Positions 26,045 through 36,831 of a DNA stretch of 64,000 bases are shown here, in pieces. A model generated the notes under the pieces. It did not search any database and was not told the DNA's origin. It was given only the letters and a program-made list of their open reading frames with translations. The position numbers and the translations under genes were made by a program. Source of the DNA: Piromyces finnis finn. Lineage: Eukaryota > Fungi > Neocallimastigomycota. Every line of letters starts with the position of its first letter. Position 1 is the first letter of the stretch. Where the stretch lies: positions 16,598 to 80,597 of the forward strand of contig MCFH01000098.1 of assembly GCA_002104945.1 (NCBI GenBank), written 5' to 3'.

Positions 26045-26681
26045 TAACGTACTCTTATTTGTATGTTAGGTAATTGTTATTGTAAAGTCGAACACTTGAA
26101 GAATAGATTAGGATATCTATTCTATTACAATAACACTAAAAATCTAAATAAAATTGTTTTATTAAAAAATATCTTTTATTATAATAGAAATTATATTAAT
26201 AACAATTACATCGATAAAATGATGAAAAATATCTTCTATTTATATTTTTCCTAAATACATTTATATTATATTATAACTATTTATTTCTTATATATTATTA
26301 TTTAAAATCTACACTAAAATCTTAATTATTAATAAATATTTAAACTATAACTATTTTTAGTAAAATACAATTGGCAATTCAAATTAAGTACTATTTAATT
26401 TGAATATGTGCCCATGTATTATTGATATATTAATCATTTATTATTTATCTATTTCTATAAAAAAACAATACTAAAACTAGGGATTTAAATTGAGAATATT
26501 AATTTACTTGTTAAACATTAAAAATAAATTAATAATTTATTTTGTTTTAAACTTTAATTATTAATAAATAAATTATGTCCCATTTTCTTTTTCTGTAATA
26601 TAATTTGTGTAACTTAAACAATAATATTTATGGCTTAAGTTACATTAAATATATCAATCTGTGGCGTTTGATATCTTTACA

Positions 26682-28466
26682 TGCTGACTCAGAAAGAATA
26701 GATTAGGATATCTATTCTATTACAATAACACTAAAGATTTAAATAAAATTATTTTATTAAAAAATATCTTTTATTATAATAGAAATTATATTAATAACAA
26801 TTACATCGATAAAATGATGAAAAATATCTTCTATTTATATTTTTCCTAAATACATTTATATTATATTATAACTATTTATTTCTTATATATTATTATTTAA
26901 AATCTACACTAAAATCTTAATTATTAATAAATATTTAAACTATAACTATTTTTAGTAAAATACAATTGGCAATTCAAATTAAGTACTATTTAATTTGAAT
27001 ATGTGCCCATGTATTATTGATATATTAATCATTTATTATTTATCTATTTCTATAAAAAAACAATACTAAAACTAGGGATTTAAATTGAGAATATTAATTT
27101 ACTTGTTAAACATTAAAAATAAATTAATAATTTATTTTGTTTTAAACTTTAATTATTAATAAATAAATTATGTCCCATTTTCTTTTTCTGTAATATAATT
27201 TGTGTAACTTAAACAATAATATTTATGGCTTAAGTTACATTAAAGATATCAATCTGTGGCGTTTGATATCTTTACATGCTGACTCAGAAAGAATAGATTA
27301 GGATATCTATTCTATTACAATAACACTAAAGATTTAAATAAAATTATTTTATTAAAAAATATCTTTTATTATAATAGAAATTATATTAATAACAATTACA
27401 TCGATAAAATGATGAAAAATATCTTCTATTTATATTTTTCCTAAATACATTTATATTATATTATAACTATTTATTTCTTATATATTATTATTTAAAATCT
27501 ACACTAAAATCTTAATTATTAATAAATATTTAAACTATAACTATTTTTAGTAAAATACAATTGGCAATTCAAATTAAGTACTATTTAATTTGAATATGTG
27601 CCCATGTATTATTGATATATTAATCATTTATTATTTATCTATTTCTATAAAAAAACAATACTAAAACTAGGGATTTAAATTGAGAATATTAATTTACTTG
27701 TTAAACATTAAAAATAAATTAATAATTTATTTTGTTTTAAACTTTAATTATTAATAAATAAATTATGTCCCATTTTCTTTTTCTGTAATATAATTTGTGT
27801 AACTTAAACAATAATATTTATGGCTTAAGTTACATTAAAGATATCAATCTGTGGCGTTTGATATCTTTACATGCTGACTCAGAAAGAATAGATTAGGATA
27901 TCTATTCTATTACAATAACACTAAAGATTTAAATAAAATTATTTTATTAAAAAATATCTTTTATTATAATAGAAATTATATTAATAACAATTACATCGAT
28001 AAAATGATGAAAAATATCTTCTATTTATATTTTTCCTAAATACATTTATATTATATTATAACTATTTATTTCTTATATATTATTATTTAAAATCTACACT
28101 AAAATCTTAATTATTAATAAATATTTAAACTATAACTATTTTTAGTAAAATACAATTGGCAATTCAAATTAAGTACTATTTAATTTGAATATGTGCCCAT
28201 GTATTATTGATATATTAATCATTTATTATTTATCTATTTCTATAAAAAAACAATACTAAAACTAGGGATTTAAATTGAGAATATTAATTTACTTGTTAAA
28301 CATTAAAAATAAATTAATAATTTATTTTGTTTTAAACTTTAATTATTAATAAATAAATTATGTCCCATTTTCTTTTTCTGTAATATAATTTGTGTAACTT
28401 AAACAATAATATTTATGGCTTAAGTTACATTAAAGATATCAATCTGTGGCGTTTGATATCTTTACA
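26682..28466 (-). repeat. Three head-to-tail 595-bp copies of the D3 LTR
   Basis: Units 26682-27276, 27277-27871 and 27872-28466, each TGCTGACTCAGAAAG...GATATCTTTACA. Confidence 0.95.
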
Positions 28467-28502
28467 ATCTCTCTCTATAAGTCGAGCTCCTGCGAGATTA
28501 AT

Positions 28503-30218
28503 TTATAAAGAATCCTTTCTCGAAGGAATTTCAATTACAAATGTTTGGTATTTATGCTTAATTAGATTATAAACTTTATTCTTTCTAATTTTCATGGAGA
28601 AATCATTCGACTTATGTTTTGACTTTTTAGAGTTTCTTTCGAACTCTTGTATTAATTGTTTGTCTGGAATCTGATATTCTGAAACCCAAGTGGATTTGTC
28701 AAATCCTTTCCACGATAATTTATAAAATGTTTCACCATTAACAGATTTCATCTTCTCAATTTTTTCTGGAATTTTTTCAATCAAATCTGTGTTAAGATGA
28801 ATATTTCTTTTCCTACTATTAGACCTATCTATAAACTCGTTTTCAAAGTATGGTTCTAACAATGAGACATGAAAGACTGGATGACATCTCATTGTCTTTG
28901 GGAGTTTCAATTTCAAAGCGAGAGAACTAACTTTTTCAATTATTTCAAATGGACCAAGCATTTGAGGTGCTAATTTCTTCTTCAAGTTAGTTCCCGGAGA
29001 ATCTTTCAATAACCATACCTTCTTTCCCACTTCAAATTCCGGGGGACTCATTCTTTTCATATCGTCATATTTCTTATATGTTTCTTTTGCTTTTTCTAAG
29101 TTTTCTTTTAATAATTTAAAGTTTTTATTCATATCAATTACTCTTTGTTCAGCTCTACTAGGTCTATCATTAGCCGGGATTTCCAAGCTGAACTTTGGAT
29201 GAAAACCATAATTAGCAAAGAATGGGGATTGATTTATAGATTGCTGTAAAGTGTTATTATATGCAAATTCAGCAAATGGAATAAGATCAACCCAGTTATT
29301 CTGCTTCTTATTGATAAAACAACGGAAATATTGTTCTAATATGCCGTTCACCCTCTCCGTTTGACCATCTGTCTGCGGATGGTTAGCAGTTGACAATGAA
29401 TGATTGATATTAAGAAGGTCACAAAGTCTTGACCAGAAATCAGAAGTAAATTGCGAGCCTCTATCAGAAATGATGGAATTAGGAAGACCATGCAAACGGA
29501 AGACATTGGCAATAAAAGCATCAGCAGCAATTGAAGCAGTAGGAAGACAACGTAAAGGAATGGCGTGAGCAAATTTAGTAAATCTATCGACAACAACCAT
29601 AAAGGTTGTCATATCTCTGGACTTAGGAAGATCAACAATAAAGTCGATAGAGATATCAGACCAAGGTCTACTAGGAGTGTCTAAAGGGGATAACAATCCA
29701 TAAGGCTTATGTCTAGGGACTTTGGATTTGCAACAAGTCACGCAAGATTTAATAAAGGATTTAACATCTGAATGAAATCTTGGCCACCAAAAGTTTCTTG
29801 AAATTAGTTCGACGGTTTTCTTAATGCCGAAATGGCCAGCAGCAACAGAATCATGATGGAGTTCCAAAACTCTAGTCCTAAGAGATTTAGGAACATAAAT
29901 AAGATTGCTAAATAACAAAAATCCTTCACCATCAATAATAACTTTATCAATATTTTTAATAGGTGCATTACTTGTAGAACCATTCATTTTAAATTGAACA
30001 ATGGAATTGTACAAATCGTCATTTTTAAGTTCTGAAAAAATAGAATCTATTAAAGGTTTGTTATCGTTATGATGGAGTGAAATTGTAAGACAAGAAACAT
30101 TAGAGTTAATATCATTCACTAAATGATCACTTCTACTAGACAGAATGTCAGGCTTACCAGATTTCTTTCCAGCTCTATAGATGAGTTTAAAGTCAAATCT
30201 GGATAAGAACAAATTCCA
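28503..30218 (-). pseudogene. pol: D3 pol 3-prime part (end of RNaseH, integrase, chromo-like domain)
   Basis: Nearly identical to D1 21047-22766. PPT at 28467-28476. Truncated at 30218. Confidence 0.92.
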
Positions 30219-32169
30219 AGTTGGTGGTATACTGTCACAACTTGGTGATGACAATGAACTACACCCTGTGTACTACTACTCTAAGAAGCTTACGAAAGCA
30301 GAGATCAACTACTCTATCACGGAAAAGGAGTTGTTGGCTATTAGAAATGCTTTCATTGAGTGGCGACACCTACTAATGGGTGCGAAACACAAGGTCCTGG
30401 TTTACAGCGACCACAGGAACCTCCTGTTCGCCACTAAACCTCAGTTGTTGACAGCAAGACAGGCAAGATGGAAAGACCTGTTCGCTGCGTACAACTTTGA
30501 AATAATATATCGGCCAGGGAAAATGAATGGTAGAGCCGATATACTATCAAGAATGGTATCTCCAGAACAGGTACAACTGGAGATGGAAAAAGCTAATCTC
30601 CTCCGTCCAGAACAAGTAAAGGGATTTCCACCCATGGAAGAAGAGAGCTATGCGGTGTTAGAAGTAAGCTTTGTAGGGGAACTCAAACAAGCTTACAACA
30701 CTGATGAGCTAGCAAGGGAAATTAAAGAAGGCCTTAACGCAAATAGAGGCCACAAGCTTATCAAGAAGTGGTTTGAAATAAATGGGTTGATTGTAAGAAA
30801 GGATGCTCCTGAACGCACATATGTGCCAAAGGCATTAAGGGATATAATCATTAAACTTAACCACGATAGCGAAACAGCAGGTCATCTGGGTAAGGATAAG
30901 ACATATGACCTTATAGCCAGAAATTACTACTGGCCTAAAATGAAGGATGACGTTGCGGGATATATCAAAGCTTGTACCATATGTTGTACTCAAAAGGACA
31001 ACAGGCATAAGCCGTATGGTAGCGCTGCCAGAGTAAAAGTTGCAGACTTACCCTGGCAAGAAGTAGAAATTGACTTCCTGATGGACCTACCTATTAAGGA
31101 ACGAAGAAAACCAGGTAGTGATCCTTCAAATCCCCCAGAAGTCACTAGAAGGGGTTGTATCATAGTTTGCAGTGATAAGTTAACCAAAATGATACACTTA
31201 GTGGGATTTAGGAGCATGCCTACTGCAAAAGAAACAGCCTTAGCATACTTACAACATGTATTCAAACTACATGGTTGTCCTAAATCAGTTACTACGGACC
31301 GTGGTGTTCATTTCACCAGTAAGTTGTGGAAAGACATTATGGGATTCTTTGGTGTAGAAGTAAACCTTGCTACTACTAGCCATCATGAAACGGTGGGTCA
31401 GGTGGAACGCAATAACTCCTACGTTAGTATGTACTTGAGGTGCTTTGTGAAGACTTTCGACGACGACGAATGGTTAAAGTATTTGTACTTAGCAGAGTTC
31501 TGCTACAATAATGCGGTACACAGCTCTACTAAGCAGTCTCCATTCCTATCCTTGTATAATTACCAAGTACATATGAATCCCCAAGACTCAGAGCTTGTCC
31601 ATTCATTAGGTGAAGCTCCAATATTAGATAGCTTTGCACACAACTTAGGCATCTTAAAACACATGCTGGACATCTCAAGAACACGGTTCTTAGATCACCT
31701 TGACCGCCGAAGAGAACTTAACTACCCAAAAATTAGGCTTATGGACCTTGTGTGGTTAAGAAAACCAGAAAATTACAACCCTCTTCCCTTCTACAAGCTA
31801 CAAGCAAGAAAGTACGGTCCCTTCAAGGTTATTGGTATTGATGAAAACAAGCTTAACTACCGACTAGACATTAGTAAATCACCTTTCCCTAACGTCTATC
31901 CAGTGTTTCATATCAGTGAGTTAGAACCATACCACTATAAACCAGAAGAACTAACACCGGCACCAGAAGGTTACCAGAAAATCATTAAAATCCTTAGTGC
32001 CAGAAGAAAAAAGGATGTCTACCAGTACTTAGCTACCTTTAGTGAATTTAGACAAGAGTGGGTTAATGCCGATGTCATTGACAAGAATGCCCATTATGAT
32101 AAATTGTTAAAAGAATTCCAAGATAAATGTTACCAGGAATTCATGGTTAGTGTCCAAAACCCTGCCTAG
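30219..32169 (+). pseudogene. pol: Family E pol 3-prime part (RNaseH, integrase, divergent chromo-like tail), 5-prime truncated
   Basis: VGGILSQ..TEKELLA..SDHRNL; HDSETAGH..CTIC, TDRG, HHETVGQVER. The first 38 nt of ORF 30181 are D3 antisense sequence. Confidence 0.92.
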
Positions 32170-32190
32170 GTTTTCTCCTTAGGGGGGCAT

Positions 32191-32719
32191 TGTAAGAAAT
32201 ATTTGTGGCCATAAGTTTGCCCACAAATATTTCAATTGAAACCATATATTCTGGTTAACAATTATTGGCCAGAAATATGCATAACCATATATTAATGGTT
32301 ATTAAATAAATAAAAAGTTTATTTACTTCACCCAATCAAGTGGTTTAGTAAATAAACTATTATAGTTAAATAGTATAGTATAAACTAACGTTAAATACTT
32401 TGGCGTTAGTATTAAAGTAAATTAATAACTATAGTAATAATCAATGTATATAATTATAAATAATTAATAAAAGATAATAATTATAAATAATTATTTAAAT
32501 AGAAAATATTTCATATTAATATTTATTTGTTATATATTTATTCTTGTGTTATAATATTTATTTCAGTTCTTTTATTATTTTTTATAAAGCTTTATTTAGT
32601 TATTAACTCGTGTAGAGAGGTAATAACTAACTTAATTAACTTTTGATATTTAACTTATTAACTAAAATATAATAAAACATTTTACACTATAATTAAAGAT
32701 ATAATATAATAATCACTTT
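32191..32719 (+). repeat. Family E 3-prime LTR (right end uncertain or truncated)
   Basis: TGTAAGAAATATTTG directly follows PPT AGGGGGGCAT (32181-32190). Confidence 0.7.
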
Positions 32720-32745
32720 GAATTCAGCTACAATAATGCTGTTCA

Positions 32746-33763
32746 TGTCACGAATACTAGTGAAATTTTAAAACCAACAAATATTTTATATTCAAATAAA
32801 TTATAAAATTTTATTAAGAAATATTTAAAATTTTAGAAAAGGTTAAAATATGACCTTAACCCTTAATAATTTTTATAATAAATAACTTTAACCCTTATCG
32901 TTAAAATGGAATAAGGAAAACACGCGTATCTCCTCAACGAATGACGATTTTTGAATAATAATATTTTTTTCGAAACCATGTTCGTTAGAAAGCCACGCTC
33001 AAGACAAACAACATATCTTCAAATCAGGTCAATATCTCTACTGGTTCACGAGATATTCCAATTTAAAAATATTTTGTTAGCAATGATTAATTGTTTATTC
33101 AGAGAATGATCACCCCTGATGTATCAAACATAAATCATTCACTCAAAATATAAAAATTATTGTTTAATTGAATTAAAATTATTTTCCGGAACTAATTAAC
33201 TTTATTTTATAATAATTATTTCAATAACATAATTTATAATCTTTGAACTAGAAGATTATAATTATTAATATTATATTCAATGAATTATATTATAATTAAG
33301 AAATAATTAATATCATGAATATTATAAACAATAGTTATTTTTTAATAATTAGGAATAAGTCTTAAGTTTAGTTTAAGTATTATAAAATATATTATGAATA
33401 TAATCATGTATTGAAAAGTTATTTTATTATTAAATGTAAAATTACAAATAGTATAAATAGTTTAGAATAGTTATGAAATTAAAATCTTTGGAAAGATTAT
33501 TGACTAGAAATTATTAACTATTAATAATAATTAATACTTAATGAGTATTACTACTAAATAATCTTATTATTATATATTTTAGCAAAATACTATTTAAATA
33601 AAATAAAAGAAATTATTTTAATCAAAATATATAATTTAATTATTCATTTATAAATCAATTAAGATTATTTTAATAAAACATTTTTATTAACCTAGTTATC
33701 TTTTAACCTTTTATTTAATTTAATATTTTAATAATAAATTATAAGTTTAGTAAAACTTTTACA
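32746..33763 (+). repeat. Solo A1 LTR with TSD GTTCA
   Basis: TGTCACG...CTTTTACA with GTTCA at 32741-32745 and 33764-33768. Confidence 0.92.
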
Positions 33764-33768
33764 GTTCA

Positions 33769-34892
33769 TGTGTAGATATTAACTGGATTTAAAACAAATT
33801 CAGATAATATCTATAATTAATTAAACATAATAATTATAATTAAATAACTTCAATAATTATTTTAAAACACCTTTAAAATTCACCTTTTAAATTTTGATTC
33901 AGTGAAAGGGTTATGATTTCAAAAATTTAATATCAATACACTATAACCCTTAACCAAAAATAAGCAAGTACGAAATAAGGCGTAACTCGCCAAAAACGAT
34001 TGCTACCGCCTTTAAATATAGTTTTGAAACTAGGTTTGTTAGAAAGCTTAGGAAGAAAGCTACAATTTGGTACAATCGCGGTCCTTCTAACTGATCATTT
34101 AAGGAAGTTATGATCATTTAAAGATTTTAATAGGTAAATTAAAATCAATATGATATCAAGTATGGATCATAAATATTTCTTATGACTTGAGGAAATAAAA
34201 AATATATCAATAGGAATTTTAGTTATATTAATTTAATTAATGATAACGACTGTTACTAAAAATAGAACTAGACCCATTTAGGTGTAACAGTTAACACCTA
34301 TAAATCAAATAATCTTAATTATTACAAAATATGTTAACGGCAAGTTTTATTAGAAATAATTTTTAAAATAATAATTATTTAATTATAACAAATATGTTAT
34401 GTTAATATCAATTAATAATGATGAATTATTAATTGAATAGTTTTTATAATTACTAATTAGGATCAAATGTTTAAATGATTAATCATATGTTTATTTTATT
34501 TTATGTCATGACAAACAAACAAACAAACAATCTTATTACTTATTTAATTATATTATTAATATATTACATGTAATACTTTATTCTTATTAATATCAATTTA
34601 ATAATCTGAACAAAGAATATAAAAGAGAATGAATTGAATTCGATTTTAATTCTTTGTAAAGACTATAGTTATAATCTTAATTATATAGTTATTAAATATA
34701 TTATCATTTATATTATTATTATTAAATAAATAAAAATTTATAAAAAGTTATTTTAAAAGTAAATATTAATTTTTCATTTGGAAGTTTAAAGTGTTATTTT
34801 ATTATCAAATTTAATTTCTTAAAAAAACATATTTACTATATAATTAATAACATTCTGACCTGGCCGCATAACCAAACCCAAAAAACTTAACA
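33769..34892 (+). repeat. Family A2 5-prime LTR; PBS at 34893-34903
   Basis: TGTGTAGATATT...TTAACA, followed by ATAATCTTTAC and then gag. Confidence 0.88.
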
Positions 34893-34927
34893 ATAATCTT
34901 TACCCGCTGTTTAGTGGCTACTTTAGA

Positions 34928-35326
34928 ATGTTCACTCCGGTTCCTAATTTCCCAGACGAGGTAAATCAACTAAGAGAGGATGCTACTCAGACTGCCAAGG
35001 ATATCATTGAGGGTATCAATGAAAATTTGGTTTTCCGTGAAGATTTTCAAAATTTTTCCAATGATGTGAATAATCGTTTAAATGAAATCATGGGTGTATT
35101 AACTAATATGAATAATAATCAAACTGATCAGAATGAAGATGAACAACCATTGTTACATACCAACTATGATAGGATAGCGACTCCAAGACCTACTGTCTTT
35201 AGAGATGATGAATCTATTTCAACAAGATTTGATTTGGATCATGATGTTATCATGAGAGGCCGTTTTGCTACTCCAATCACTCAAGTTCCAGATCCAGGTA
35301 TGTTCTCCGGTAAGACTAGTGATACC
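34928..35326 (+). pseudogene. gag: A2 Gag N-terminus, truncated
   Basis: DHDVIMR..PITQVPDPGMFSG aligns with element A Gag DHDVIMR..PIKQVPDPGFFTG. Confidence 0.82.
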
Positions 35327-36831
35327 GCTTCTCCATTTTCAATAAATTGCCTTGTTTGATTTGTTGTCTGTAAATATTGTAATAATTATTTTTTGGTTGA
35401 ATAATTATCTTATTAAGTTTCTTATCCATAAGGCCTTTTTTACACATTCTGAAGTGCTGATGTATTCTACTTCTTCAGTTGATGTAGCAAATATGGATTG
35501 TTTTTTTGAAAACCAGCAGATAGGATAGTTCCCCATGAGTCTTATATGACCAGATGTTGATTTTCTGTCTTTAGTGTCCCCCGCAAAATCTGCATCTGTA
35601 TAGGCTGTAATAAAACCTTTTCCGTCGTATTTCAGTTTGTAATGGATGGTGTTGTGTAAATACTTAAGGATAATGAGAACACAGCGCCAATCTGATACAG
35701 TGGGATTTTCACAAGATCTAGCAGCTTTATGAACAACAAAAGAAATGTCCGGTCTGGTGCATTTTGCAAGGCAAATAAGAGAACCTAATGCACTTTTGTA
35801 TGTTGTGGCGTCAAAATTTTCATAAAATATTTGTGGCTTGGTAATGCAACATGGGGTGTTATATCGATTAGTGTATTTTGTATTAATGATGCCGAAGTTT
35901 TGTAAAAGATTCTCAATAAAATTTCTTTGAGAAATAAAATAGTAGTTGGATTTTTCAACACTTATGCCTAATAAGTAATGAATTTTCCCATAATTTGAAA
36001 TTTTAAATTTTTTTTATCCCTTTTATTATGATTCGATGATATTAATATTTCCACAAATGATCATATCATCAATATAAATACCAAGAATACATATTGTAGT
36101 GTTGTTCTGAGATTTCTTAAATATACACAGTTCTGATTTAAGTTGGTAGAAACCTGAGTTGGTGAGAAAATTTGAGATGGTAAGGTACCATTGTCTTCCG
36201 GATTGTCGGAGACCGTATAAGGCTTTATTAAGTAACCAATATCCTTTATTGTAATTTTTATCTCCTGGGGGTATTGTAGCATAAATTTCTTTGTCAAGTT
36301 TAGCATTTAGGTAAGCTGCTTTAATGTCAAGTTGATAGATTTCCCATTTAAGTTTTACGGCAGTAGAAATAATAAATTTTAGTCTATCAGAATTTAATGT
36401 TGGTGAATAGGTTAAATCAAAGTCGGTCCCGTAGATTTGAGTGAAACCTCTGGCAACGAGTCTGGCTTTATATTTGGAGATATTATTATTTTCATCTCTC
36501 TTGATGGTGAATACCCATTTTGTGGAAACTAATTTTCTTTCTTTGGGAATTTCTGGAACAAAAGTAATGATTTTATTAGAGTATAAATTGTTGAGTTTGT
36601 CATTAATCGCTTTAATCCAGTATGATTTGTTGGAACATGTAGTGGCTTGTTTAAAATTAAATGGAATATCTGATACATACGTATACGTGGATTCTTCTAA
36701 GTTCAAGACCAGTTTTCTGTTATCATTTAACATTGATGAAGCGTATGGGTGTTTTTTAGAATTATTGATGTTTAACTGTTGTTTAAAATCTTCTTAGTCT
36801 GTTTCATTATCGTTATTGAAAGAATTGTATC
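35327..36831 (-). pseudogene. pol: Ty1/Copia RT-RNaseH fragment
   Basis: KWVFTIK, YKARLVARGFTQ, QLDIKAAYLN, LYGLRQSGRQW, YIDD; further on RPDIS, AYTDADFAGD, RKSTSG and WFSKKQ. Confidence 0.93.

Larger units (their letters stand above)
20400..26681 (-). mobile_element. Chromovirus D1, complete, TSD TGCTG; 3-prime LTR 20400-21010, 5-prime LTR 26081-26681, PBS 26070-26080
   Basis: TGCTG at 20395-20399 and 26682-26686. TGTAAAG..CTTTACA termini. PPT AGAGAGAGAT. Confidence 0.95.

Noticed and set aside
25887-26069. 60-aa ORF with 13-aa repeats
   Set aside because: It is an antisense by-product of the 39-bp leader repeat and is not conserved in D2.
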